DNA of 64,000 nucleotides from Lama glama (Eukaryota). Shown here piece by piece: positions 40,570 to 54,957 of this stretch. Position 1 is the first letter of the stretch; the number at the start of each line of letters is the position of its first letter. The translations under genes were made by a program, and so were the position numbers. Below the pieces are notes generated by a model. That model was not told the origin of the DNA and made no database searches. It worked only from the letters and a program-made list of their open reading frames with translations. The stretch covers positions 76,324,001 to 76,388,000 of the forward strand of contig CM052817.1 of the NCBI GenBank assembly GCA_028534125.1, written 5' to 3'.

Positions 40570-40820
40570 AGAGGCAGGATACCTGCTTGGTATCATGATT
40601 TCAAATTCAGATTTCCTCATTTATTTTTAACTTATTTGGGGCATTTTTTTAAATTTCTGAGTTTTATTTTCTTCATCCTGTACATGGGAATAATGATTGA
40701 ATCCACCTTGCAAAGTCATTTCTGGATATGTGTGATAATCTATGCAGAGCACTCAGTACAGTAACCTTCACAAAGGAAGCAATAATGTGAAGAGTTACAA
40801 CTCAAGTAAGGATGCTACCT
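40570..40820 (+). mobile_element. MIR SINE
   Basis: tctgagttttattttcttcatcctgtacatgggaataatga...tatgcagagcactcagtacagt. Confidence 0.55.
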
Positions 40821-40859
40821 TTCTTTAAAATGTTTTATTATGAAAATTTTTTATTTATG

Positions 40860-41830
40860 TATGTATTTAAATTATACAAAAGTACAGAATTATCTAAAAT
40901 GCATGGCAAAATTTAGAATTAATGGAGAATATTAATAAATGTGACTGTATAATTTTAAATACATGACAAATATCAATATAAGCAAAGTAAGAAACCAAAT
41001 GAAATAATGTATATCAGAGACAAAAATTTAACAATTCTAACATGAAAAAGTCATCTAAAAATAAAAGATAAAAAGATACTAACCCTGAAGAAAAATGAAC
41101 TAGAAACATGAACAGAACAAATGTACTTTTAACCACATGAAAAGATACAAAACCTCTTTCATCATAACAGAAATGAGTCAAAATTAAGAAAACATTTCTC
41201 ACCCAGTAGATTGGCAAAACAAAAGAATCTGAAAATTATTTGGCAAAGCTGTGGGGAATTCTCATATGATGTAAATATAAATTAATGCAATCTCTATGAA
41301 AAAGAACTTGATCATAACTATAAAAATTGCATATCTACTTACTGTTTGGCCCAGCAGTGCCATTCTAGAAATCTGTCTCAAAGATCTATAGGCAAAAATA
41401 TGAAAATACAATATATTTAAGACACCTAGTAATAGCAAAAGCCTGAAAGCAAAGCAAGTAGCCATCACTAGAAGATTGGCTGAATAAACAATAGCACATC
41501 AAGAACGTAGAATACTGAGAGCAATAAGAGACAAAAAATAATCTTAGATTATTGCTAGGTACCACTACAGCATGATCTTCAGTGTTTATTATTAATTGAA
41601 AAAAGCAAAGTTGATAAAGCTCTTTATACTCTTAATACTGTTATGAAGATGTTAATACAAACACATATATGTACTTATTTGTATATACACATACATGTAT
41701 ATTATGATATGTATGACAAAATATGACTTTCTTATATTAAAATAGAATAAGCAAAATTTAAAAGAAAAGATTATCTAATACAAGGAAAAGAGCAGAGTTC
41801 AAGGGACAGAGATAAAAGTAATACTTCTTT
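40860..41830 (+). mobile_element. Old L1 (L1MD/ME-like) 3' region
   Basis: Degenerate ORF2 C-terminus (tttctcacccagtagattggcaaaa, ggcccagcagtgccattctagaaatctg, gattggctgaataaac). Confidence 0.7.
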
Positions 41831-42612
41831 GTATTATTGCTTTTAAACACATTTTAAATTTTTCTGGGCTTCAGCAGTGTAGCAAATATTCAGTACATTT
41901 AAAAATGAAAACTGTTTATAGACTTGATAAATATTGTCTTGCAAATAATAGAGCATTTTAAGTTAGAGATTTTACAGAATACACACAATAAAACATATTA
42001 GAATAGGATACAGTGAAATAATTTCACTCAACCTTTCTTATTCTACTGAGATTGTTTCTGTATTACTGTGCTTGTCTTAGAATTATCTTAGAATTAATGT
42101 CACATGAAGATTGGAAATAGGTTGAGATAGGTTCTCACATCAGTGTACCAACAGGAAAGATAGTATCAAAAAGTTATACTATGGTGCTAGTGGTAAGAAA
42201 ATAATTAAGTTCTGTAAAATAAAACTAACTAATTATTGCAAGTGTCCAATTATATGTTAGTATTTGTTCTGAAATAAAAGCCTAATAGAAATGCTGTGCC
42301 ACAGATTGCTTTGAGATTGGTTTAGACAACATCTTTTACTTAATCCCTCTAGCAGTGATCCAAGTCCTACACTAAAGATGTTACACAAATATTCTTTAGA
42401 GATAGAATGAAACTTATCATAGTCCCAATTAAGAAATATTTATCTTTCCAGTGGAAAGAGAAGGGAATGAATTATGTCTCCAACATCCACTACATATTTT
42501 TACTGTGCTTCTATAAGCTATTTTTTTTCCAATTCTTCCTAAATTATTTGCCAGTTGAGAAGGCAAAATTGTAAAAAATGTTGTTCATCCAAAACTGATT
42601 ATGGAACAACCC

Positions 42613-43330
42613 TGTAGCGACTTTGCTTAGAAAAAGCACTATTGATTGTCTTAACATCTGTTCCCTTTCTTCTTCCTTATAAATAGAACCCCACTTGTGT
42701 TCATTCTTCTGTGAGCCACCAACAAATGCTGGGCCTTTCTGGACCCATAGGGAGTGAATTATGGTAGGTCTAAATTGTTCTTGCTGACCTTAATCCCCTT
42801 GACAGATAACAGGCTTTAGCATGGTCATGCAATGCACATTTGCTCAGTGGAACAATAGAGGAAGTTTGCTGAAGTTTTTTTTCAAAAAGCCTCTCTTACA
42901 CTTACACAAGGAGAGACAGAAGCGTTCCCGTTTTCTTCGACAGTGTTACTGCCTGCATGTGATGCCTGGTACTGTGACAACCATCTTGGAACTGTGAGAG
43001 AAGGAAACATAAGAGGATGGTGCTTAGGATGTTAGTGCAGATAAATATAACAGAACCTGGGCTTTGGGGAATATTGTTGGGCCATTGAAATGATCCAACT
43101 GTGGGACTACACTTCCTCAAGGCTATTGTTATATGAGATAATAAATGACATTATTTTAAGTTATTTTTTCCTCCTTTTTTTTTTTTTTTAATGGAGGTAT
43201 TGGAGATAGAACCCAGGGCCTGGTACATGCTAAGCCCATGCTCTACCACTGAGCTGTTACCTCCTGCCCCATTTGAAGTTATTTTGAGTATGTTTCTTTT
43301 TACTTGCATCCAAATGCATATTAACTGAGA
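42613..43330 (+). mobile_element. Old MLT1 MaLR LTR interrupted by a SINE
   Basis: gtgaattatggtaggtctaa, ggtcatgcaatgcac, gatgcctggtactgtgacaaccatcttg, tgttatatgagataataaatg; ends tacttgcatccaaatgcatattaactgaga. Confidence 0.65.
43168..43270 (-). mobile_element. tRNA-derived SINE (camelid Vic-1-like) with 15-bp TSD
   Basis: Reverse complement ggggcaggaggtaacagctcagtggtagagcatgggcttagcatgtaccaggccctgggttctatctccaatacctccattaaaa shows A and B boxes and a poly(A) tail. TSD attttaagttatttt (43153-43167) / atttgaagttatttt (43271-43285). Confidence 0.85.
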
Positions 43331-43669
43331 TATTTTATATTACAGAATGTTCTTAATTTTATCCAAAACACGGGAAGGATTTTTCCCCCTAAAATATCAT
43401 TTTCAATATATTACCTTGAATAAACTAACAACTGAATACATCAAGTTTAACCTTCTATGCCTACCTTTTAAAGGCTCTATTAGCTGCTCATGTCCTCTGC
43501 CCTTTGCTATTAACTTTCTTCTGTGCTCTCCATGCCTATTTATTTTCTCTTGTTGTTTCTCCAAAGGTTCCCATTTTTCTATTTATCTAAACCTTACCAA
43601 CCTATTTTGTGCCCCCAAAACTCTAACTGATTCTACTTATTAGATCTATTTCCCTGCAATAATGCATCG

Positions 43670-44112
43670 TGTATGGTCAGGCCATTCAAGATGGCTGTCC
43701 TCTTGCTCTCTGAACATCCCCTGCTCCACCAGTGCCTTCTTCACCTACACCTAACTCATATGACTGATCTTCCTACATACCTGCCCCAGGCCCCAGCTGG
43801 TGGTGGTTCTTATCAAAGGGGTGGTGAGGGGCATGCCCCTCTGCTGGTTTCTCTGGTAACCAATGAGACAACCTGAAGTTAACTCCCCCTATAACTACTA
43901 ATCTCCTCCTGTCTGGGGAGCAAAGACTGCCACCATGCCTGCCCACTATCTGCCACACACAGTGGGGAGTCACTTCAGGACCCTGCTTCAGACATGCAAG
44001 ATCCCTCCCTATCCATGAAACCATTGATGTCTCTGTTGCTGACTTTGGCTCTTTCTTTGGTCTTGAAGCTGGGCAAGCATAGGCTTTTAGGCCTGCATGG
44101 TGCAGCCCAACA
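43670..44112 (+). mobile_element. ERVL-type solo LTR (MER73/74-like)
   Basis: TG...CA (tgtatggtcaggccattcaagatggc...gcagcccaaca); ctggtaaccaatgag; GC richer than the flanks. Confidence 0.6.
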
Positions 44113-44262
44113 ATCTGATATCAATATACTTGATCAGATGGAAAACATGCATATATCACTGCTTTATTCTTCCATATTTAATAGAAATATTAATGCTAAT
44201 GAAGAGCTCATTTCTTTCCAACAGGAGTGGTGAGCAAGAAGATATGCTACTAAATTAAATAC

Positions 44263-44690
44263 TGTCAAAAATCCAGAAATAGCAAAATTAAAACCACCAA
44301 ATCAGTAATAGTATTTAGTAAGAGTTTATTATGTATGTAAAAATGGTTCTCACACTGGGAACTTTCAAAAGTAAAACTGATACGAAGCTCAGGGCATGAA
44401 GTTACGGGATGGCTTATAAAATAAAACTGAGGAAGTTGTTAACCTTTACAATGACTGGTTATTACAAGGGGGTTTTCCAGATGCAGGAGAATGGTTTAAA
44501 GTCATAACCATATTTAGGAAGATGACTTGTGTCTCTTATGTTTGTCAGAAGCATTCACAAGAAATGCCTAGGTTAAGTTTTGCTTATGTTCATGAAATAA
44601 GCTAGATTTAATTTTGCTTATATGGCTTACATGGGTTTGTCTGCTCAAGGAATTCTCAATTCTGATCTCCATTTTGTATTTAACTTTAAA
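44263..44690 (-). mobile_element. Old ERV1-like LTR (antisense)
   Basis: Starts tgtcaaaa; antisense poly(A) signal gagtttatt; ends ctccattttgtatttaacttta. Confidence 0.4.
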
Positions 44691-46339
44691 AGTAGTAAGC
44701 TTAGAGTATTGTTTTCACATGTACACTTAATGCATATGCTGTACTTCAGTGGGCTTATTCTGTGCACGTAAGCAGCAAATGTAAATAGAGAATTAACAAT
44801 ATTGTATAGTAAACAAAAAATCTTTAATTGTGATTAGAATTAGATAAATCCATTATAGGGACCAGTGATGTGAATGGCAGCTATAAAACGTTGTTATAGT
44901 CTAAATGTCAAAGAATAAATATTTGTACAAAAAGTCAAATAGTAAGTCAAAAAGAGAGCCAAAATGAGTCAAGAATTAAGTTAATGTGCAGCCTTTTGTA
45001 ATTATCTGTTTAAAAATTGATCCAGTTGTATAAGCCTTTGTACATAAAAGGATTGATTTGAAATCATAGTTCTATGAAAATAGAAAGCTTAATTTAGATT
45101 TCTATAAAATTTACGTTAAACGTTTTTAGTTTTTTTGGTATTTTTTCTTGCTTAAAAATCATTGTCCATCATTAAGAACAAAGTTCAGAGTGCAGTATTC
45201 TTTGCTAACACAATTTGGATTCATTAATAAAAATAAGTTTTAGTACAAGCCAAAATAAATTAGGAAAATGATATAATTATTCATATAAGAAAAAAAGGAT
45301 TTTTTTTCTACTAATAAATTTCTTATGCTGTGTAATAAACAAAAACTCTTTCTCAATTGAAGGTAACCCAGAAGTTTCCAACCTGGACAACTTCAAACAA
45401 CTGAATGTTTAGGGGTCCTTCTTTCAATACAAAAATGGCCTGAGCCTCATTTCCAACCACAGTGGGAAGTCATGAGACCACAGTTTATCTAGGGCTTTCC
45501 AAGTTTCCTTCTGTATCTCCTAGGTCAGACCATGATACAGCCTGCTTATCTACTGTATCCAATTTTTTTGGTTATTGCCCTCTAGCCCATGATGTGCTGC
45601 TCCTCATCCTTCACTCCTCCAAATAATCCACCACCAAGATAATTGGAACTATCCAAACTGCATGAAAAGCTTAGAGTTAAAGGAAGGCAATGGGCACAAA
45701 GCAGAAAAAACTTCAAATTCAGTGTACACATGACTGCTTAGGGAAATTTGACAGCCATAAGGATTTCTTTCTTGCAGTAGTTGGAGAGTAACAAAATATT
45801 TTGTTGATTCATGTTGAATTAACCGCTGATAATTTTAGTTCTATACTTTTAAAGGAGCAATGTTTAGCAGACACATTTATTACTGCAAAGTACTTTGACA
45901 AAGTGTTAGACCATATTTGAAGACAATTTACTAAGTAACATCTCTAATCTTAGGACAATATAATTTAAGAGATATGTTTTTAGTACTTAATGTTTTGTTT
46001 TATTTGAACAAACCAACAGTAATAATAAAATCTTATTGTTTACTAAATAAAATTCCTTAATATATAAGCAATATGCTAATCTTAAAAAATCTATACTTAT
46101 TAAAACTTAAAGAATGATTTTTCTGGAAAGATTTTCAGTAAAATAGTTTAATTTTGAAGAAAAGTTGGTAAGAAAATATTTTCTAACTTTTATCTTTGTT
46201 GTTTAGCCATCTCCATTTTTATGTCTGAAAATTTTATACTTAAGGCTTCCAATATTTCATGTCAATAGCTAATGCACATTGAATACTGATAATAGTGTTA
46301 TGTCACTGTGTAATATATTTTGTTAAGAACAATTAAATT

Positions 46340-46590
46340 TATAATAGCTGGTAACAATTTTGAAAATGTAACTTTGTGCTAGGTAACATCCTAAAATCTT
46401 TAGAGATATAACCAAATTTATTTTTACAATAATCCTAGGAGGGAAAACCATTAATAATTGAGTTTTACAGCCCAAAAATTAAAAATAAGAAATATTAAAT
46501 ATGTGACTGGTTCAGGCTGTGATAATTTAAGTGTCAGAGTTGAGAAATAAGCTCCAATCTGTTTCCAACATTTTAACTATATTAATAAGT
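46340..46590 (-). mobile_element. Degenerate MIR
   Basis: tgtgctaggtaacatcctaaaatcttt...acaataatcctaggaggg...ttttacagccc. Confidence 0.45.
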
Positions 46591-47679
46591 AATGAAATCA
46601 ATCATTCTATTTTATTAATACATAAAATGTTTCCAAAGGCAAATTAGTTGGCACAAGCAAGTTACATAGTAATTCAGTCATAAAGAGGATTAATGGCCAT
46701 GTAGTAAAAATATGCTTCTAATGCTAAAATGCCATCTTTACCTAATGTATCAGTGTATAACCGCTAAGTGAGATACATCTCACAGCATCTGAGACAACTC
46801 TGAGATCAGAATTGTAACGTGTCGACTGCCAGGAAAATGTGTTCTTGATTTGGGGTTACATGTGTCTCCATATAATTCAGTCATTAGAATTTGTTTAGCA
46901 CATAAAGACTCACAGATCATATCTAACCTCCATTCCAAAGGAGGCAAAAGATCATTATTAATTATTAATTGATTCTTTTGTTTTCTAGTTCAAAATCTGA
47001 TAATGAGATTGAATGCTATGGTTAATTTGTTGGAAGCAAATACAAAATAGATATGTCAGAGATTTTTTTTTAACTTATTAATGAGGCAAACAATAGGTGT
47101 TGAAATTCAAACAAAATTGAGAAGTTTAGTATACATAGACAATTTAATAAATAAATTTCAAGAAAAGTGCAGATTTAGAGTTGGATACAAAACTGGTTAA
47201 TATCCATCAGGGCAGTAAGCTGTATCTGGCTGGGGCTATGTATTCTGTGCTTATTCAAATCTCTACCAGACAAAACTCTACAAGTTAATTTCTGCTCCAG
47301 AGTTTTAAATTGCCTGTTTAATAAAATGCTCAAAACTGTACTAGCCAATAATGTTTTATGACTATTTCTAGGGATTTGGATAATTTTTCCAATATTGAAG
47401 TAAACATTTCTTGAAACTTAGAGGATCTTACTTCAATTCCACTTCAGCTAAACTTTCTATGCCTTAAGCTTAAGTCACTTAATCTCTGAAATCTTACAAT
47501 TTAGCCTGTCAATTACCTTTTCTTGTTAATTTTTCCTTATTTCCACTGTATCTAAACTTAAACTTTATAGAGACAATCAACTCTATCTTTACAATCAGTG
47601 TATAAACTGGCTTCTGACTCTACTTTTTACAAACTTTACCTAAAATTGTGGTTCAACACTTCATCTTATCTTTCTAAAA

Positions 47680-49025
47680 ACCACGTACTGACATATGATT
47701 GACATAAAAAGTTTTACATATTTAATGTACATAGCTTTAGGAGTTTGGGCATAAGAACACACCCAAGAAACTGTCACCATCATCAAGGCCGCAAACATAG
47801 ACATCATCTCCCAGAGTTTCCTTCAGCCCTTTTATTATTATTTTCTATGTATTTATTTACTATCTATAATTTACTACATATATTACATACAGTGGTAAGA
47901 ACACAAGATCTATCATCATGGCAAATTTTAAGTATACAATACAGTATTGTCAGCTATAGGCGTTATGTTCAAGAATAGATCTCCAGAGCTTGTTTATCTT
48001 GCATAACTGAAACTATCCTACTTTCTCTTCCATGAATTTGACTATTTTAGATTCCACATATAGGTAAAAACTTCCAGTATTTGTTTTATTCTGATTTATT
48101 TCACTTAGCATTATACACTCCAGGTCAATCCATGTTGTCACAAATGGCAGGGTTTTCTTCTTTTTCAGGACTGAATATTCCACTGTGTGTATATATTACT
48201 TTGTAAACATCTTTTTATCCATTGATGACCATTTAGGTTGATTCCATATCTTGAATAATGAATAATACTGTAATGAACATGGAACTGCAGATATCTCTCC
48301 AAACCCCTGATTTTGTTTCCTTTGGATATGTAAAAAGAAGTAGAATCGCTGCATGATGAGCTACTTTTATTTTTAATTTTGGGGGGATATTCCAAACTTG
48401 TTTTCTTAATGGCTGTACCAATTGACAGCTCTACCACCAGTGTACCAGAGTTCTCTTTTCACCACATCATTCTCAACATTATTATCTTTTTTTAAATCAC
48501 TATCCTAAAAGATGTGAGATCATATCTCTTAGTGATTTTGATTTATGTTTCTCTGACAAATAGTAATATTGAGTACTTTTTCATATGTTTGTTGGCTATA
48601 TGTAGTCTTCTTTCGATACATATCTGTTCAAATCCATTTGTATTGAATTATTTGCTTTTACTGTTTTTCAGTTGTTGCTGAGTTGCATGCATTCCTTGTG
48701 TATTTTGGATACTAACCCCATAACAGATAATATGATTTGCAAATATTCCTCCAATTCTGTACACAGGTTACTTTTTCACTCTGTTGACTATTTCCATTGC
48801 TATACAAATACTTTTCAGTTTCATATAGTCTTACTTGTCTATTTTTGCTTTTGTTTCCCATATTTATGGTGTCATTTCCAAAAAACATTGCCAAGACTAA
48901 TGTCAAGTAGTTTTTCCCTATGTTTTCAACTAGAAATTTTATTTTTTAAGACATATTTAAGTATTTAATACATTTTGAATCAATTTTTGTGTACAGTGTA
49001 AGATAATGGATCCAATTTCATGTTT
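47680..49025 (-). mobile_element. L1MA-like 3' region (antisense)
   Basis: Minus-strand ORFs ICSSMFITVLFII etc.; 3' UTR ttgacataaaaa...ggcaaattttaagtatacaatacagtattg. Confidence 0.85.
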
Positions 49026-49029
49026 ACTC

Positions 49030-50625
49030 CTACTTTTATAGAGATATAATTGACAGAGAGGACTATATAAGGTATATAGCCTAATGATTTAATTTACATA
49101 TATCATGAAATAATTGTCATAATAAGTTTTGTGAACATCTGTCATCTTACATAAATAGAAAATTAAATAAATAGAAAAAAAACTTTTTCCTCGTGATGAG
49201 AATTCTTAGGATTTACTCTCTTAACTTTCATATACAGCATATAGCAATGTTAATTGTATTTATTATGTTGTGCATTATATCCCTAGTACTTATTTATTTT
49301 ATAACCAAAGTTTGTACCTTTTGACCATCTTTATCCAATTCCCCCTTGCCCCATCCCAGAGGCCCATTTTGGCCTCTGGTAGCCAAAAATCTGATTTCTT
49401 TTCCTATGAGTTTGTTTGTTTGCTTGGCTGGTTGTTTTTGAAGAATAATTGACTTACAGCACTATGTTAGCCCCTGTTATACAACATATATACTTAATAT
49501 CTCCATATATCTCAAAATGATCACTGCAATAAGTTACCATCTGTGACCATACAAATACATTACATTATTATTGACTATGTTTCCTATACTGTGCACTTTA
49601 TATTGGCGACTCATTTATTTTGCAAATGGAAGTTTATACCTCTTAATCTCTCTTACCTATTTCTGTTCTCCCCACCCTCCCACCTCTAACAACCACCTGT
49701 TTGTTCTCTGTATCTATGTCTGTTTCTATTCTCTCATGTTTATTCATTTGTTTTATTTTTTAGTTTCCACATATAAGCGAAATCATAAGGCATTTGTATT
49801 TCTCTGATTTATTTCACTTAGCATAATTCCCACTAGGTCCATCCATGTTGTCTCAAATGCAATATTTCATTCTTTTTATGGCTGAGTAATACTCCATTGT
49901 GTATAGATATCGTATCTTTTTTGTACATTCAGCTATTGATGGGCCCTTGGATTTCTTCCATATCTTGGCTATTATCAATGACACTGCAATAAACATAGAG
50001 GTGCATATATCTTTTCTAATCAGCGTTTTTGTTTTCTTTGGATGAATACCCAAGAGTAGAATTACTGGATAGTATGGTAGTTCCATTTCTAAATTTTTAA
50101 AGAAATCTCCACACTGTTTTACAGAGTAGCTGCATCAATTTACATTCCCACAAACAGTGCACAAGTGTTCCCTTTTCTCCACATCCTCACCAACACTTGT
50201 TATTTGTTGTCTTTTTGATGAAAGCCATTCTGACAGGTGTGAAGTGTTATCTCGCTGCGGTTTTGGTTTGCATTTCCCTGAAGATAAGTGATATTGAGCA
50301 TCTTTTTATGTGCTTGCTGGCCATCTTTATGTCTTTTTTTGAAAAAGTGTCTATTAAGGTCCTCTGCTCATTTTTCATTTGGGTTGTTGGGTTGTTTGGT
50401 TATTTGTTTTTTGATGTTGGGTTGTATGAGTTCTTTGTATATTTGAATATTAACCCCTTATCAGATATTTCATTTGAAAATAACTTCTTCCATTTCATTT
50501 TGTTGATGGTTTCCATCACTATGCAAAAGCTTTTTAGTTTGATGTAGTCCCAGATGTTTATTTTTGCTTTTGTTTCTGTTGCCTGAAGAGACATAGCCAA
50601 AAATATTTCTAAGACTAATGTCTAT
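49030..50625 (-). mobile_element. L1 (L1MA9/laurasiatherian-like) 3' region adjacent to or nested in the previous L1
   Basis: ORF 49853-50086 ELPYYPVILLLGIHPKK...ICTSMFIAV...YTMEYYSAIK; ORF 50400-50600 [18 protein letters not shown]; long 3' UTR. Confidence 0.85.
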
Positions 50626-50880
50626 TAACTTTGGATTTTGTTTATTCTTTTTTTTTTTTCTAGCTCCTCTAGGTGTAAGATTAGGTTGTTTATGTGAAAT
50701 TTTTCTTGTTTCCTGAAGTAGGTATTTCATTGAATCTGCAGATCACTTTGGGTAGTATGAACATTTTAACAATTTAGTTCTTCCAAACCATGAACACTGG
50801 ATATGCTTCCTTTTACTTGCAATTAATTTCTTTTATCAGTGTCTTTTAATTTTAATGCACAGATTTTCACTTCCTTGGTG
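50626..50880 (-). mobile_element. Further L1 ORF2 fragments (antisense)
   Basis: ttaggttgtttatgtgaaatttttcttgtttcctgaagtagg; tgaatctgcagatcactttgggtagtatgaacattttaaca. Confidence 0.75.
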
Positions 50881-53800
50881 GAGACCCATGTGTAGTCTGG
50901 TCCAACCAGTCAAATGCTTATTTTCTATTCAGGTAGAATGAAATGATGGTATGATTATATTCTAGTTATTCTGCACTGACTGGAAGAGCCAAAACTCTCT
51001 AGGAACAGGGGGAATCATGAATGGGGCAAAGGTATCAAATAAGTTTGAAACTTTGTTATTGTACCATCAGCAATATATTTTTAATGTCAACCTGGCTCCA
51101 TATTTAGAGCTCTCTAGATTGAAATGATTATTTTTCAGTATTGACCAAAGACAGTCTCAAAAAATGTCAATGTTTTGTTTGAAATATTTCCACAATTCTT
51201 TCTTTTTGAGACTTCTCTACAAGTGTATTATTCTATCATTTACTTTGTCAGAATACATTTGTATAATCTACTTATTTAGATAAGTAGAATATCTTATCTT
51301 CCTAATCTTGTTCTTATTTATAAAAGTATTAGTGAAAATTCTGAAATCTTATTAACTGTTAAATAAAAAATTGCACTGTTTCATGCTATGTTGTGCATTC
51401 TGATAGATACATAAATTTATCTTCCAACATTGCAAAATACTATTGCAAGCTGTATCTATTTTTACAGGGTTTAAGATCTTTGAAGCATAAAACTGAAAAG
51501 GTATTAATTAAATGAAGTATTTATTAGTAAACGTGCTGACAAACCTTTCTTAAGTACCATCCCAGAAATTATAAAGTTAAAAATACACACTCAAAATATT
51601 CTTATGAATACATATTTCTCAAGAGTCAGAGAAAGGTTCTGCTTTCTCAGGGTGAAATTTCTCTTGTTATTTTTATGTCTAAAGAGGAAACACTAGAAAA
51701 AGTTTTCCTTTTACAGAAAATTCACTGTTAAAATTTATAAAAATGAATTGACATAAAATAATAGATAAAGTTGAAATTTTTTGTTGTATTCTAAAATCCC
51801 TAAGGCTACTATTTAAATGTACTTAATTATCTTAAAATTTTGTTTTCATTTTATTGTGCTACTGTTTTTTACTTAAAAATTAATTTTTAAAAAACGTTTG
51901 ATTATGTACTGTTAGACTAACTGGCTATATTAGGGATACTAATAAGCTATGATTACAATGGCGCTAACATCTTATGATAGGCTGATGGCAGGCCTTTAGC
52001 CAGGAAAACCTGCTATAAAAATATGAATAAACCAAGATATCAAATCTTATCATGTTTAAGACATATTAAATACTACCTTTACTGGCTTTACTGGCTATGA
52101 TTCAATTTTCATCAAAATAAGAAACTTCTGGGCAAATTATAAGATCTTGTAAGAGATCTGAAGCTCAGTTCAAATCTAGAATACTTGACTCTTTAAACTG
52201 AAATTTATTTTTTAATTTAACTTAATTGGTTTTGATGGTCAGAATCCACCGAGCACATTATCTTGTACCAGAAGGTGTCTGTGTAATGACATGGACATGA
52301 CATGGTCTATAACACTGGGGTAGAATGTGAGCATTTGACATTTCAAATGTTCACACTGGCACCAGATATCATTGTATCATCGTCAGATGCAAGAGTTGAA
52401 AAGATGGGAGATGACGCATAGAATACAGAGGAGCAGAGTTCAGAAAGCAGTTATGTGTGAACTGTGTGTGTGATTTTAATGTGTGAACTGTCTTTACCTT
52501 TTCTTTCCAATTAATTAATTTGTTTCTTTGGAAAAAAAACAGAAAATACCTTCAAGTTCAATCAAGTGTGACTTATAGATATCCTATCAAATCAAAAATA
52601 GTAAGACTTATAAACCAATTTCAGTGTAGAGTTAATTGTTCTAGATTTCTTTTTAGTTCTATATCTCATTTAAATTCATGACTTCAGTCTCTAGCTGAAT
52701 ATCTTTATGTGTACATAAAGTTGATTTTTTAAAAAAATCCAAGATGATAATTGAGTAATCATATCAATTTCTAAATAGAATGTTGGACTTATTTTGATAA
52801 TATCCCATTGAAATTTCAATGTTATTAAGGACTACTTTATAATAATTTTACATATATATCAAAATATCAATATTTAACATTCATATGACTGCTTAGATTT
52901 ATGACTATTACTTTGAAATTATATGTACAAAATATGAAACATTTATTTTAAGTGTAAAAAGCATGAAGAGTTAATAGCAGTTATGTGCAAAAAATGTGCA
53001 TACCAATCCAAAATTAACACAAAAGTTATTTTTGCCATTTCAGATCAGCTAAAAATTTCTATGTAATAAATTCACTTAACTATTCATTTATTAAAACTGT
53101 TCAAAGACCCAAGGTTTTGTTTTGTTAATGCAGGGCAATGGGCCGACCATATCCTGACTGACAGTGTACTAAGAAGTAACAGAGATGACCTGTTCTGGTG
53201 GCTTCCCAGTAGACCACAGCTAGCACTGGTCAGGTATCGTCATTGTTTTTCAAAGTACTACAACTTTGCTCTTTCTTTTGCTATAGACTCAAGGAAGATA
53301 AATCTATATCATTGGAAAATATAATAATAATTAATAATAATAATAATGGCAGAAATGGTAATCTAAGCCAAAGTCTAGGCTTGACCAAATTCTGGAATAG
53401 CTTGATTGTACATGACTTGGAAAGCCTGATCATATTAAGAATAAGAGATTTTGAGGAATTGTAACATAGGCAGCACAAGTTCAGGAAAGTCAACTGATTC
53501 AATGTAGTTTCCAACTGTGTACTGGCTCTGATAAGACATTAAGTGAAACTACTTAAGAAACATTAGCATTGCTCACCTAATTTAGCCTTAGTTATTTTTC
53601 TACATAAAAGCAAAACAGGTCCATCAATATAAATCATGCTTATTTCAGTTTCAATTTTATTTCTGCCAAAGTATTTGAAGTAAAGTTTCTAACTAGAAAT
53701 ACAGTATTGCAGAACAGAATATACAAAGATATTAAGATACCAATTTTGCCAGAAAAATCAACAGATAATAGAGCTGAAAATGTTAGCATTATGTTCCTCC

Positions 53801-54957
53801 ATTTCTTCTATTGAAAACATCCAAAAGGAGGAGAAAAACCCCTCAAGAATCAGGACATGGTCTACAGTGATCTGCAGGTCTGAATGCTGCTGAGAACCAA
53901 GTACTGTGTATTGCTTTTAGTGACTTCTAGGTCATTCAGTGTGCTGTCAAGTAGCTTGACAATTATGAGATGTACAATATACAAAAATTAATTAACTAAA
54001 AATAGGAACATGGACACTTTTATTTTTTAATCATATCTTCCATTCATGATTCCTGAGTTCTTAATTTAAAAAAAAAATCTTCAATTTAACATTGTCCATA
54101 ATTTTATGGGGCATGTTTTTCTCTAAACCTAACTTATGGTATAACAAGTTGAATTTTAAAAATGTGCTTTTCTTTGCTTTACTTATAATGCTTAACCTTT
54201 TCAAGAAAGAGTGAGTGGAGTATCATTATCCTAGCCCTCGATCTATTTTGCTGCTGTCAGATTTTCTATCTTCAGTTCACATGCTGGTGATAGAAAGTTG
54301 ACGTTCATAGATTTGACTTAATTTTGATCAGGCACCCAACATGAAAGCCTTTTAGGATTTAGACCTTTAGACCGGACTACCAATTAGGTTCTTTGCCTAT
54401 TTTAGAAAAACAGATATGTTTTGTGGTCCCTTTATGACATTGTTGCAAAAGTTATACTAGGCTGCCTAGGATCCACTGCTTACAGGATACTTTTTACATT
54501 TGCTCCCTAGAAAATGATTTTCCTCCAAAAATATAGCCAAGCTGTTCCTGCCTTCATACCCCAAACAATTTTAAGGTTCTTATAAGTGGCTGTTTTCTCT
54601 GAAAGGGAAGAAGAAAGGCGCATCAGGAAAAAAAAAAAAGACAACAATTCTATCTGAAAGTAACCTCATGCATTGAGTGGACCGTTATCTGATTTTGATG
54701 CAGAGTGGACAGTATCTACTGGTGACACACTGAGAGTAAATGTGAGTCATTTACTCTATTAAAAAAATCTTTTTTCTTTTTAAAAGCTCTTTTTGATAAC
54801 ACCTCTATTTTTGTCTGATTCTAAGTGATTTACTCAGAAATTATAGTTTTAAATCCAAAGCATGTGTTCTGCTATTGGGCACTTTGTCAGGTATTAGCTT
54901 CTTATGCTCTCCTCTTCTGTTTACAAACTATAGACCAATGTTACTTGTGAATATAAA

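Noticed and set aside
43168..43270. tRNA gene
   Set aside because: It has a poly(A) tail and TSD and lacks a proper acceptor stem, so it is a SINE.
53120..53300. Possible exon or CR1 fragment
   Set aside because: No recognisable translation; too degenerate to assign.
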